Positions 39,447 to 54,400 of a stretch of 64,000 bases of DNA are shown here, one piece after another. Each line of letters starts with the position of its first letter. Within the stretch, counting starts at the first letter, position 1. The stretch is from Amphiscolops sp. MND2022 (taxonomy: Eukaryota): NCBI GenBank assembly GCA_964187785.1, contig OZ076415.1, positions 30,380,001 to 30,444,000 on the forward strand, written 5' to 3'. A program made the position numbers and the translations under genes. The notes under the pieces are model-generated. The model worked only from the letters and a program-made list of their open reading frames with translations, was not told where the DNA came from and did no database searches.

Positions 39447-42400
39447 TCATTCATCCTTCCTTGGCGCTGATTTTTGGTTTTTGACAGAATCATCCAGAGT
39501 AGCTGGTTTGTTCGTTTTCAACTGAAAGAAAAACAAATATGAAATCATAATGAAATGAAATATAAATTCATTATCCAATTAAAATTACTTTATACGGTTC
39601 ATACTGGCTTAACCTCTACCGAGTTTCAGAAAAAAAACTGTCAGAACTTATCAAAGAAAGCTGTCAAAATATTCACAAACAATGGAATCTTTTTGTAGAT
39701 GAAACTGAGAACATATATAGCTTTATGTTGATCCTGTATGATGATCCTAAGTTGACTTGGTATAAAAGATTTTTAGAAATAGACATACATTAACCTTACT
39801 TAGAATATCAGAATACCAGAATACAACAAAATAATATCTTGCAAAATAATTGAACAAGTGAAAATTAAATTACAATCTTACAAACGGTTATGTCTGCACT
39901 TTTAAATGGAAATTCCTCACGAAAATATGAATGTAGTGTGTACAAAAACTTACTTCATGCTCAATTTGTTCATCCCGGGATTTATAAGGAGCTGGTCCGA
40001 ACAAGCTGAGGGCGACTGGTAAGAAAATCAAACCATGGAACAGTCCTAGCAGCGTGACAAGAAGAAAAATCTGTAATAAAAAAAACAAAAGAAGAGTTCT
40101 TGAAACTTTGAATGCCGGAAACGGCGCAAGTTGGCGCCCGGTTAAAGCTTAAACAAATGTAGAGTTCGCTGAAGACCTGTTCTTGAAAGATTCATCATAC
40201 CAAATGAGGATTTTTGTATCTTTGTATCTCCTTCAAACTGCGCTTTAAACCAATAAATAATCGAACAACATAAGTGGATATAATTTTGTTATATCCTCTT
40301 TGTCAAATCATTGTGATTGGACGATATATGTTTTTTACAGCAGTGTGCAAAAAATATCCCAGTGCCATTACGCCTCGTGTAAAATGTTTGTAAAATGAGA
40401 GGTGGTTTAAAGTTGATTGGGCCATGATTTGTTACAAGACCTAAATATCGAAAAAATTTCACGACACTGTCATAGGACAAGAATTATTTTCTAAAACGAA
40501 TAATAATTGGGGAAAATTACATCAATTCTAAAATTTTACTGGCCTCTTAAATCTGCATTTCAGTTCAGATTATTCTGTACCTTTTTTGGCGAGCTAGAAG
40601 GTGTTCTATTTTTTTCTCAAAGGCGTGTTGTAAAACTATACAAAAAACATCACAGTGCCCTTTGTCTCTATTAAAATTCCATCAAGAACTGATGGTGCAC
40701 CAGTATCTTCACTTCAGACAACTTTTCACAGAAAAAATTTCCTCCCAAATTTCTCAAAAACTAGAACCGAAATTCTCAATGTTTGTCAGTAACATTTGCT
40801 TGAAAGTTTTATACCTTGAAGAATGTCACGAATATGAAGGAAGTTGAAAAAGAAAGAGGTAGCACTGCCAAGAAGGTGCTGAAGCCACCATTGAACACTG
40901 CAGCTCCCATCTCTCTCAGAGAACGTCTCATGCGCTCTGGAATAGTTTGGAAGTAACAAGACGGGAACGTCTAAATCAGCGCTATATCTAAGACTCAAAA
41001 AGCGCAAAGGTTTTTAAATTGTGAAAGGGGGACCCTTTGGGCTTTTTGAAAATCCAGTTTGTTGCAAAATATCAAACAAAATTGAAGGAGACACTTTGAA
41101 GGAAAAAAATCAAAAAAAGTAGCACAGTGCCAAAAAAATGAAAGAGGGGACGCTTCAGTCTCGTCCGCTTTCGCAAACGCTCGAAAAAGTTTCTGGCTAA
41201 CGCAAAGACTGGCCCTGGTTGACCATCATGACTAACTCATGGATATTCATCCATGATCATGGATTGTTCAACACATTACATACTTATTCATGGAAAAACA
41301 TTGATGATTCATGGGAGAGTGACGCTTCATGGATCTTCATCCATGATTGTCATCCATGATCCATCTATGATTTGCCATGTTTAAAAAATTCGTTCGAAGT
41401 AGGCAAAATTTTCTGTGCGTGTCTCTTCCCATAAAATGGAGTTTTTTGTTGTTTATTGTCGTTTTTGTTATTATTAGAATTTCAGGTTTACCCTTATGAT
41501 AAAGTAGGATAAAGTAGGTAGGATTTCAGGCCGCAAGATAGGTAGGATTTTTGCTTTTTGTAGAGCATTTTTGTTAACTTCACAATCAAAAACTTAGTAT
41601 TATGGCTTCATTATTTTCATAATTCATCAATTCTAGTGTATTTAACTGACGATTTGACTTGTTTGTTTTCGACTAGATTTTTTGGTAATATTTTTTTCAT
41701 AAATCATAGAATCTAGTGTATTCAGTTTAACGGCCAGTTCAAGAACTGGACCTTCTCGTTAATTTGCATCGACGATTGTCCTCGTCATTGTGGATTTTCA
41801 TCCATGATTCATGGGTTTCCTTTCATGAATCATCCATGAATCATGGATATCTTTCCAAGATCATGGAATGATTCATGGCATGGAGATCCATGAATCATGG
41901 ATGAATCATGGATGAATATCCATGAATCAGCCATGATGGTTAACCTGGGGGAACCCGTGGCCACTGGGTTCCCCGTAAACCGGTTAAAGTCTGTACTAAA
42001 AAGTGGTACATACTACACGATGAGGGATGTGGTCTGAAGAAAAAAAAAAGAAAAAAAAACTAGCCCCTGTAATAGTCGGGCTCTTTTCACTAGAAAAGCA
42101 CCGACTAAAAATAGAGACCAAAACTGTATGAAGGCCAACCGATAATGGATTAAATTTTAGGACCTACTCTTCTACTGTCTCATAAAATTGGTTTTACGTA
42201 ATAAATCATCATCGGAACAAATGGAAATGGAATTAGCTGCCGCAACTCTGTGGAATGAAGTTCATTTTTTTGAAATACGTTCCGAGTGAGGCTTCCGATT
42301 ATTTTACAACAAACAGTTTTGATTTTTTTAATCTCAATATACGCCAAAAACAAATTTGTTTGCAGCTACAATTGTAGCCGAAACAAAATTATTGTTTATC

Positions 42401-45400
42401 ATTGTCAAGAAAATTGTAAAATATCAGCTCTTGGAACAGAAAATTTTGCGTTTGAAAGAAAAATTGTAAATCACGATAACCTTCTTTTGATCCGTTACTA
42501 GTCATAAACGCGTGGCCAATATGCGCTGCAAAGTCCACTGCCAGGCCAATAGACAATAGAATCAGAACTGCTGAAATTGCGTTGATAGTCACTCCCCAGA
42601 AGTATGTAAATCCGACAACATTGACCTGGAAAACAACAGTTTCAGTCTTAGTGTGTAACCTCGCCATTTAGATACACTTCGCCTCAAAGAGACACCACTT
42701 AGGTTCGCAAATTTCTTTTTCCTTGCTGAAAATAACAATAACGTAATGGAGGTTTTTGGTGGAATGCGTTTCTTTCCAAAAGCAATAGCAAAGTGTCGAA
42801 AAACTAAAAGGAGACCTTTGGCATGGTATAGCCTTGAAAACGTACAATGCTTTTCAAAACATTGTTGTGTTCTAACCCACGAATTCCTGCCCTCCAGTTG
42901 AGCCTGCAAACCTCTAGGTCAACTGTAAATGGCAGGACCAAAAATTGAGTTTTATAGGTTTACCAAAAACTGTCAGTTCGTGTTGTCTTAAACAAGCCAT
43001 CACTGCAGTTTGCATTTTCCATACAGAACGCCGACTAGTGACTCTCTTGCGAATACTTTCAAACTTCACTACATCGGAGCTGGTTGAAATTTTCGAAAAA
43101 CCGTATAAAATTTGTCCCGCTAACATAAAGGCATCCGAAAATTCAGTTACATATCCAAGTGTAAAAACTCTTGGATTTCTTACCAAGAACTTTGATTTTC
43201 CTACAGAATCCTGCTACCTCTTGAATTTCTTGATGAGATCTTGGAAAATCCGGGAGGTGAAAATTTCGATTATTTCAAAATTCAAGGCGGTTTCACAAAT
43301 TGTTGAATTAGGCCTGTTTACAGTAATTTTGGGCCATGTTATGGAAAAGTCTGTAAAATTTTCTCTATAAAACCCTTTTCTGGGTAAATTTACGGCCAAT
43401 TTCAGAGACCAATTGTCAGCAATTACCAATTCTGCAAATTTTCAATCTTGAATGATCAATTTTGGGTCTGGAACATGTAGTTTTTAGATCCGTGATACAT
43501 ACCAATGGGATCTTGTTTTCAATCCTTCTAGATCATGATTTTGCTCATTTTAGATCTGAATTTGCAATTATGAGAGCAAAATTAATGATTTTCCAACTTC
43601 AGCGGCATTTTTCGATCTTTCGTGATCAGATTTGGGTCTGAAATTTGTAATTTTTAGATCCTAATTCCATAATGCTGGATATTTTTGATAATTTTTCAGC
43701 TCATTTGCCGACACTTCTGAAGGTTTTATGATGACTGAGGTTCTAAACGAGGATCTTGAATCCTCTTGCATTTTCTTGCTTATTCTTGGTTTTTCTTGAA
43801 ACTCTTGATAAGAATATTGGGATTTCTTGAATTTCTTGGCACGATCTTGCAAGATCTTGCAAACTCTTGGATTTCTTGGTAAGAGTCTTGGCAAGGTTCT
43901 TATCAAGTAATCCAAGAATATCCAAGATTCTTATCAAGAGTTCCAAGAGTTTTTACACTGGGATTACCTAATCATTGAAACTTTTGTGTTTTTTTCTGCA
44001 CTTTTCCAGCAGACATGAAGATATCAGAGAGAATGGTTACAAATTTAAAAATCTCGGAGCATGTTGAAACATTTCAGTACGTTTCTGAACTTGTTCAGCT
44101 GACATAAAGGTATCTCAGAGTTTGGTAACAGTGGAAGTCAAATTTTCAACTTTTTCGCAACACTTAATCGTTTCACATACTATGTTCTAAGAACTTTTGT
44201 TGTCAATCAATTTCTCTTAGTATCTGAATAGTTCTGCCGACTAGGATCAAAAGATTTTATAGAACTCGTGGGCAATTTCGTGAAAAGTGGGAAAATATGT
44301 GTTTAGTGAGAGTCAAGGATATTGAAACGCGCGAGCACTTGAATATTTGTTTTTTTTTGGTTTCAACACTAACTCAGCTGATAGAAGGACGAATTTTCAA
44401 CAAAAGTTCCGTATTTACATAGTAAAGTACAGTAATGGCCCTTCTATACACAAAATCTTTGTAACCATATTGATTGAATTGTTTTCAAACCCGTTTTCTC
44501 ACAACTTTCAGTCACTGAGAATATTGATTCATCATTTTTTCTATATGCAAAAGGCTTGAAAATATAGTGTGGGCCGATACAGTTCTTTGTATGTTCTTTT
44601 TCCATAATTCTTCAGATCTGACGACTCCGAACTTACTCGCTCGGGAAATTTAATGACTTTGTGCATTTGCAAAAAAACTGCAAATGGTTTGTAAATTTAA
44701 AAAAAACGTTCAGTCGTGAGCGACACCCCGATCTAGTTATTTCTAGGTATTCCATTCTTGAAATGTAAGGTGAGTTTCACGTACCATCGTAAACACGACA
44801 CATGAGAGAACCAATAGAACCGTAGCGATGTTGGCGATTAGCAGTAGACACACCACTAAGACAACTGAAAAGGCCAGCAGAATGTTCCGGATGAATTCTT
44901 CCTTGATAGCCTGAAATCAACCAGTGAAAATGTGTGAAATTTAGCCACAAAAGTCTCATTTGACTCAAGTCAATTGAATTCTATCAATAACATTCTATGT
45001 AAAAAAGATCATTAATTGACCCCATCAAATGACCCCACCCCAGACAACAAATCTTCTGAAGTAAAACGTGGTGTAATTCGGAGTTAATTATACCTTGAGC
45101 AATTGTTCATTGAGGAGAAACAGAGTCTGAAATGTGGAACTTGCAGAGGACAGACGAACTCTTACAAACCATAGAAACTAATTAGTCTGCTTTCTTGTTT
45201 GTATCTATTTATACTACTCTTTGATTAAATACACAGTACCTACACTGCCACATAATTGCAGACGAAGTCCTAAACTCAGTGATAGAAAAGAAGATAGTGA
45301 AAAACGGTTAAATTTTGAATCCTGGGCACCACGACAATTCGTACAAACGACATTTCGTACAATAGCCAAAAACCCGACATTTCGTACACGGACAATTGGT

Positions 45401-48400
45401 ACAAAAATGAAACCGGACAGTTCGTACAAAAGACATTTCGTAAAAAATTTAATTGAACAGATTTGCAAAATAGGTCTCAAACAACAGAGTTACTAGCTTT
45501 CAGTGCTGTTACAGCCAATAAGTATGGAACCTGATTTGTAACGTCCGGCTAGCTAGCGGCGCACATCTAGGAAGAGGGACAATGTCTAGAATGCTTAAAC
45601 AGGAGACCATTGTCTTACTACATCCGTAGACACTAATTTTTGTTCCCAATATGGTCTCTGTCCCAGGCGTCCGCCTGTGATGGCAACTTGTATTCTATTT
45701 GCCACAACTATCAAAAAGCCCTACCCAACACGATCCATTTAAATTGAAACTTTTTAAATGAACCGCATTTGTATCTTAAAAGTCATGTAATTTATTTATT
45801 CTGAATATAAAATATCATGTAGGGATGATTTGATATTTCGTAATACCGGCGCTAATTTGTACGTTGCTAGTAAATTGGACACCAAGGCGTACAGGTAGAG
45901 GAAACGCGTTCAAATGTTTTCTCGCCTGTCGCCTTGGTCCACCGGTCCGATTAACTCGCTAGCCAATCACAGTGCAGTACTTTCTTTATTCGGTGCTGTA
46001 TTATGCTGCTAGATTAAAGGGACTGAGTGGCCATATGCCGCCAGTCAACAATATCTCGGTCCACTCATGTCGATTGGACGCTGAGTCCGTTTTGGAATTA
46101 AAGGCGCTTACTGGAAAGTGCTATGAATTACATAATAACCGGTGCTTTACTGTCTTATTTAGTAAATTATTAGTCCTTAGAGGACATGTAATCTGCATTA
46201 ATTAGTACGCCATCAATGCATTTGATATAATTCATGCAATTAGAAAGTGTTGAAATACATGCAGTTTATTGAGTTCATACATGTATGTCGTTGCTTGTCC
46301 GCATGGACCTCCAGTCTTCCCGCCACAATAACTGTCGGGAAAGGCCCTTTGATCTATGATGATGTCACTAGTTAACCGTTGCTATATTTAGAACTGTTGC
46401 TATTTTTAGAAGCCCTTAAGGCTATTATTAGAAAATGATGATCAATATTATGCGTGTCATGTAGTTTGTTATATATATAGCGGAGACATTTAGTCCCGGG
46501 ACACAAGAAGTTTGACCTTACTACATGCCTGTTACTTGATACTGAGTAATCTCACACTGAATTTGCAAGCCTGAGAACTTAATTTAAATTCTTACCTCTT
46601 GCAACAATCTCTTATGCCTTCTACTAGACATCAAAAAGCGAAAGCTAGGAAATCTAGGGAAATGGACATGATGTCCGACTTTGAAAACTTAGATGTGATG
46701 CTGGGAAATAGCAATAATAATCCCATAGAAAGGGAATTAGCTGAAGCTATAGATCAGTCATCGGCCCATGGGGACGCTGATACACATACGTACCTAGAGA
46801 ATGAATATAGAGATTACCAACATGAAAATGATGTACTGAGACAAAATGAAATCAGACACTCCTTTGAAACCTTCTCGAACGAGTTTAATCTCAGATTATC
46901 TCAAGAAATGGATTCTATGATGTCAATGATGCATAATCAAATAAATAGAGCTGTCACAACGGCTATAAATGAAAGAGTCATTCCAGAAATTCAAAACATT
47001 GCTAGTTCCATGTCCTCCGCTGGGCACAGGGACACTGAGGCCAGTTCGTCCCCGAATAGCCAGGAAAACAAGGAAAGCGCATCTGGGCCTAAAATAAAAA
47101 TTGCAAAGAAGGATTCACGATCTGTAGGAGATCTAAGAGAGACCCTAGGTCAGAGTTCTCACATGGTGACAGGAGCCATTGACACCCAACAGCAGATCCC
47201 TGAATTCCTGACTGGACGAATCCACTCAATCCCGAACCTCCAGAGGCAACATTCCAACCACAATGTCTCTCTGGACACGACTCTGCCAGCCCCAGACCCC
47301 GAGGTCCCAGAGCCACAGCAGGACCCGTTCAACAGATTGGCTGATGTATTAGTCAATTTGCAAAATAAACCACAAACTATGACCATCAGACCTGTCCAAA
47401 CAACTCCAATGACGTTTGACGGAAAAAGCGAAAAATTTGAGCTTTTTGAGGACTTGATCCACACGATGATCAAAATGCAACCTGCAATGACAGAACAGAT
47501 GAAATTCAACCATTTCCATTCATTGCTACGAAAAGGGGCATTACAGACATTTAGGAACATAAACTCCATCAACCGTCAGACTCTGGAAGACGTACTGGTC
47601 ATATTCCGGAGAAAGTACGTTAAACCGGAATCCCAACCGACGGCAAAACACAAATGGCATCGACTGACGTTCGACCCAAATACCATGAAATTGCCGGACT
47701 TCTTGGAAGAACTGAACCAAGGAGCTGAAAAGGCTTTTGGCGAAAATGCAAAAAGCATGATTGACAGTTTGTTATATGCGAAACTTCCACCAAAATTAAA
47801 ACGATCTGTCAACATGGCCCGGTTGGAGAACGGGACGTATGAAGAAATAGTCGCTCATCGTGAAAGAGAGCTAGAACTTAATGCATTAGAAGAGTCCGAT
47901 GACTTGCCAATGGCCACTATGGCCTCGGCGTCAACAAACCAGAGCAACTTACTCTCTACTGGCATCAACACCAACAAAGACGCTCCATGCTCTTATTGCA
48001 AAGCAACCGGACATTTTTACAAAAGCTGTCCTAAACTCAAGAAAAAGAAAGAAATGGAGGAAAAAGATGGCAAAAAACCACAGCGTCCTACTTACCCACC
48101 TTGTGACACATGTGGGAAAAAGAACCATTCAACTGAAAAATGTTGGCAAGGAGCAGGTGCCCACCTGCGTCCCAAGAGCTTACAAGCGGAGCAAAAAGAC
48201 TCAAACGCCTCAACTTCAGAAAGCAAACCTAAAACATCAGGTGACACGACGACCACCAGCTCAAGCCAATCCAATATCACAAAGACAGATCCAAAAAACT
48301 AATTTTGCCACGACTCCAAATACATGACTATATGTCGGTTCGACAGTATGTCATTTCAGACCCTCCAATTATAACATTCCGACACTATATAAAGGATACC

Positions 48401-51400
48401 ACAGGCACCCCATCCGTCGTCTGGCAGCAACAGATGGAGAAAGCCTGCATCAAAACCTATAAACAAGTACACAACGATCGCCCAGACCGATTTTACGAAA
48501 CTGACTATACTAAAGACTTTCAGACTCCATTCCGTCCCTTACCATTGGTCGAAGACTACCACCCTCAATACATTGACGCTGAGTATGGTAAAGATCCGTA
48601 TTGGGATGATGAATTATATGGCAAACGAAATCTCCAATTCCGGAACGAAGACTATCCCCCAACAGACGATGAGGACGATCCCCAAATAGAGGACACTAAA
48701 CTCTCTAGGGCCCTCATTGAACTTTGGCAACCAAATTCTGAAGCAATCACAAGAGAAATAAGGGAAACTCCAGAGCAAGAAGATCACCAAGACCCCAATA
48801 GCCTCCTGGATGAAACAGCCTTCTTGCATATTTTAGTGGAACAACAAGGTGAACCATCATACGTTCCTCTTTCCACTAATCTTGGACTTAAAATTAAAAG
48901 GCGGATGTTATATTTTCCAATGGACTTCGGAGAACTAACGTTAGATGGACTCATAGACACTGGGGCCCACTCCAGCGCTCTCCCAGAAGCAGACCTCAGG
49001 AAAATACGGCTATTAGCGCCTCAATCCATAGTCAAAGAGGGACCTGCCCCATCTTTCCAAATCATGGTCGCAAATGGTGACCTAGAGACTCCCAAAAGCA
49101 CAGTGGAATTGAAATTTGAAGTAGGGGACATTGAGTTCCATGAGATCTTCATTGTGATGGAAAAACTATCCAGCCCCATAATTGGACTTATGTTCTTACA
49201 AAGAAATCACACAGTCCTAGATATGCGCCAAGGCATACTCAACTTCCCCTTTTTCTCGATGCAATTGAAAACGGCTGACCACAAGTACTCGAACGTCATG
49301 GAGCCCATCCTCAATCCTGAGGATGTCACAATTCCACCAAATGACCGTACAATCATCTCCATTCAATCCAGAATTTACGCAGAAAATGCTGTCACTGGGA
49401 TTTTACAGCCCAGTGAACATCTAAATGAAGAAAATGATATACCCTTCTGCGCTGCCATAATTACACTCGATGAAGGGACCACGAGGATACACATTAATAA
49501 TTTTACTGACCAACCCTACAAACTCAAAAAGGGGATGCACATAGCCAACTTCTCAGTAATGACGCCAGAGCAGATGAAACACGTCAGGCCAATAGACCCG
49601 GTGTCCACATGGCACCTCCTCAATGAAAATGAAGAAGATGCTGTTCAATATATCAGCAGCCTTCTGAAAGCCAACAGGAATAACGACCAATATGAACAAT
49701 ACTGGTTCCCAACTCCCGAGAACCCGGGGGACGAAGCGTCCCACACGCCAATACAAAAACGAATACTCAGAGAATTGCGAAATTTGCAAGAAGCAGAAAG
49801 CCTCAATCCTCAAGAAAATGAAGAATCTCGGCAAACATTCCTCAGTAATTTTGATTGGAAAGACTCAATGCTACAACAGCATGAAATCAAACAAATAGAA
49901 GCTCTCTTAGTGGAATTTCATGACATATTTGCACGTCATAGATTTGATATTGGGATGAACGAGGAGTTCACGGTCAAACTGACCCCGAAGGACGACTCAC
50001 CCGCATACAGCCAGAGCTTACCAACTCCAATAAATTTAAAAGAGGATATCCTAGTTGAGCTGGCATTACTTCACAAATACGGTATTATAACTACTTTACC
50101 GTTCTCAAAATATGCCAGTCCTATTTTCGCGCAAAAGAAGCCTAACGGGAAGCTACGATTATTAGTAGACCTCAGGAAGATCAATAATTTGATTTCTGAT
50201 GATTATATTAATAACAACCACCCAGTTAGTACCTTGACGGACGCTACGCAACACATGGCCGGGAAGAGACTTTTTTGCAAACTTGATTGCTCACAGGCGT
50301 ACCACTGCCTCCAAATGGCAGACCAAAGGTCTATTGAAATGCTGGCCTTCAACTTTGCCAGCAGAACTTTCGCTTACAGACGATTGGCCCAAGGACTCAG
50401 TAGAGCCCTGTCGGCCTTCTCTAGCTTCATGAGGGAATACTTGGACCGCGTTATCAAGGCAGACCAATGTGCGCAATATGTCGACGACATTGGCATAGCA
50501 GCAAATGATGCCGAACATTTGATCAAAAACCTCCGAGCCACATTTGAATGCATAAGAGAGGCTGGATTAAAACTCACAATGCACAAATGTCATTTTGGCG
50601 CAACAGAAATTGACTTTCTGGGAAGAACAATCACCCCAGAGGGCGTCAAGCCTCAAAAGGAAAGTATCACAAACTTCCTAGAAAAAACTAACTTTCCGAA
50701 ATCCAAAAAAGCCTTGCAAAGATACCTCGGTTTCCTCAATTATTACAGAAACTACATACCGAGACTATCAGAAAAATTGGCTCCCTTCTTTCAACTACTT
50801 AAGAAGGACGAGAAGGTCTTAGTCACATCAGAGCTGATCGAACAATTCAACGAAATCAATAGAGACCTGGACCGGTGTAGCCAATTAGCCTTGAGGCAAC
50901 CACTGCCGAATCGACAGCTAGTCCTGATGACAGATGCCAGTTTTACGGCAGCAGGATACGCTATACTCACTGAAGACGATCCAAACCAGAAATTCACCTC
51001 AGTCAAGAAATCCTATGCACCTATTGCTTATGGTTCGAAAACTTTTATTCCTTCCCAACTTAAAATGTCGATATATGCGAAAGAATTTCTCGCTATATAT
51101 TACGCATTTAAAGAATTCGGACATATATTCTGGGGGACACCTAAACCGGTAATTATCCTTACAGACAACAAATCGGTCACAAGGTTCTTCCAGACCAAGA
51201 TCATACCGCCGCCATTATGGAATGCCTGTGATTTCGTCATCCAGTTCAACTTTATAATAGCCCACATTCCAGGCAAGAATAATACAGCGGCAGACTATTT
51301 GTCCCGTTTGGAAATGGAACCGACCGAAAAGTTAGTTTTGAAAATTCGTGCAGACGTTGAAACACAGCCTATTGAAGTCAACGTGCAGTCGGCCGGTGTG

Positions 51401-54400
51401 TCCGAAGAGGAACAAGTGTTCTTTACTGAGGAAGATAATGAAACGGAAGAACAAATCTGGGAACGAAAACGACAATCAAAAGCAGGACTCAAGGTCCCGG
51501 AGACTGTCATCCAAATTGATGCCATATCCGAAAATATCGTCGAAGAAATTACTAATTTCACCCAGAAGCTCCGTAGAACTAATCAAATACTGCTAGAGCA
51601 ATCCAAAGACCCGATATTACTTCAATTAAAGGCAAAAATTCAGAATGAAGAATACTCTGAGGAGATCCTCCAACAGGACATCAGGTATAGACATTATTTG
51701 AACAATCTAGACCGAATAGTCCTCAAAGACGAAATTGTCACAAGGAAATACTATGACGAAACAGGCCAAATTAAACACCACCAGATATTACTGCCCAAAC
51801 ACTTGTTAAAAGAATTACTGCAAGCAATACATGGCACGGCCCATAAACACCCGGGCATATCCAAAATGTTACAAGAAATTCGCCAAAAATACTACTACCC
51901 TGGGATAGCCAAACATGTTAAAAAATGGGTAGAAGGCTGTGAGACGTGTGCCAGAGACAAAAGAGTCCCTAACAATACAATCACGCCAGAATTGTTAAAT
52001 TTGCCCGAGTGGGACCTAGGTCCCGAAGATGCCATGCGATCGACTTACTACCAAATCTACCGACTAGTGGAGGATACCAGACAGTGATGACGGCTATTGA
52101 TATATTTTCAAGATACCTATTCGCCTACCCGCTAATTGAGGCAACAGCCACGAATGTAGCCAAGGTGATAATTGACATAATGACGAAACATTCATATTTG
52201 CCAACAACTCTCATCACAGACAAGGGGTCCTCATTTACATCGACCATCATAGCTGAGATAACTCAAATTTTGGGCATAACACTCAAATGCGCAACTACAA
52301 AGCACCCGCAAACAATTGGCAAGCTGGAAAGGACGCATGCCTCACTCAAAACCAATTTGAAAATGGCCTCAGGAGAGTATCGACGCCAATGGCATAAATA
52401 CCTGCCACTAGCAGTACTCAACTATAATACCACATATCACTCCAGTATTGGATGTGAACCGAGTAAAGTCTTTCATGGCCGAATTCCTTTTAACGTCCTA
52501 GATCACAAATTGGGGAACAATCCCAATAAAAATTTCATGCCAACTACAGACTTTGCGGAAGAAGTGCAACAGCGGACACAAATCCTCATTGATCAGACCA
52601 AAATAACATAATGCAGTCCTACCTAAAGTATAAGGACAACTACGACCGAAAGGCTAAAGCGGCTCCGCTTAAAGAAAACGAATATTGTTTTATTCTACAA
52701 CCTAAAGCGGACAGTCAAGCATCAAAGATCCCATTCAGGGAATACAGGTGGATTGGCCCCTTTGTCGTTCAGACAGTACTGTCCAATGACAATTATATTG
52801 TGCGTCGATTAAATACAAATAAAACGCAAATACTACATCGCATTAGATTAAAGAAATTCGTACCAAATGCCCCCTTAGAGGACAAATATGAAGGTGAAAA
52901 ATTACAGCCCGACAATGAGATAGTAATACCACAAGACGACTTGTATTCCATCTCATGGGAAGTGGATTTTGAGTACGACTTATTTGAACCGAGAAAGGAA
53001 GATTGGACCGACGTGGCCACACGCCGGCCGACCGACACTGAGGACAGCTGTGCGGATCATTACGTCATTGAAAATGAACGCAGCAACGCGAGCGAAAATG
53101 AAAGCCGCTCCGAACGAATTAACGAGGATGACGTCACCGAGAATGAAATATGGCCAACAAAGAAGAATAACAGTGACGAATCGTCCCCGCTGAACGAAAC
53201 GCCATATGAGGACGACAATGAAATTGACGTCACTAATGATTTCAAAAATACGGAAAGCGTTTCAAACAGAGGCGCAGATATTACCGTGCCCGGAATATCG
53301 GAAAAAGAAAGCTTTGAAGAAAACTCTAGCCCTAGAGGAGGGAGATATAACCTTCGACCTAACCCCAACCCCAACTTTACTGATGAATACAGATACTAGC
53401 CAGAAATTTGAATTACTAGTCCCCTCTTTATTTTGACTATTGGTCCATGAGGACATTCATTTTTTACTTGGGACTTTCTGACTTACTTTGTTACTTGAAA
53501 TAATTATGTACAATAAAGAAGACCTAGTGGCGAATAATACAAAGCCACGCCCAAACAAAACAACAAACAGATGAAATAAATATAAAGCAGTTTACAACAA
53601 GTACAGTCTAGAAACAAATGTACTCTTTGTACATTTAAGATTTAGAAGTTCCAGGAGCGTTCACATCACTGGACTTTGCGGCTTCAGTTTCACCAGCTGC
53701 CCGAAAGCCAACTTTCTTGCCTTTACCAGGGGACAGCTTACGTTGTTTCCCCCCTTCTTTGGACGAGGAATTGGAAGCGGACTCGATGTCAGGACGGACA
53801 CTCTTGCCCAGAGCTTTGTAGACTGCGATTAAGGTTTTATGTAAATTAGCTTTGCCGAAACTGTCTACGTGTGACCAAGGGTCTCCTGGGACGTTGCCAA
53901 TATTGAATCGGAATTCCAGATCTTTGAATGTACCCAAGGAAGCTTCTGTAGTGCACACAGCCACTGAATTTGCCACATTAGCTAGGTAAGACTGTGCAGG
54001 CATGATGACATCGAAAAGTCTACTTCGGGGATCATTGCAATCAACTCCAGAGAATTTGATGGCTGGGAGCTCTGGCAACTTAGAAGTCAGGCACAGACAA
54101 CTCAACTGGAAGATGTAGAACAGATGTTTCCGCAACTTCAATTCAGGCATACCAATCTCCACGAAATCGACGTACTCGTCTCGGGCATCAGTCTCTGGGG
54201 AATTCTCTAACCAGCCTCGCAAACTAAAGGATCTGTACAGAGCGGAGAAACAATATGTGGCTTGCTCAAGCGGCAGACTCAGGAGGGCTACTGGATCGAA
54301 ACTGCCCAGGCCTCTTACGATACCAGCATTCAGGCTAATGTCGGCAAGGATGACTTTCAAAAGATGGACGAGGTAACCTCGGGCCTTGGTGGCGAAATCG

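Noticed and set aside
49320-49560. dUTPase domain between protease and RT
   Set aside because: Only a vague beta-rich pattern (KKGMHIA); the conserved dUTPase motifs are not recognisable.
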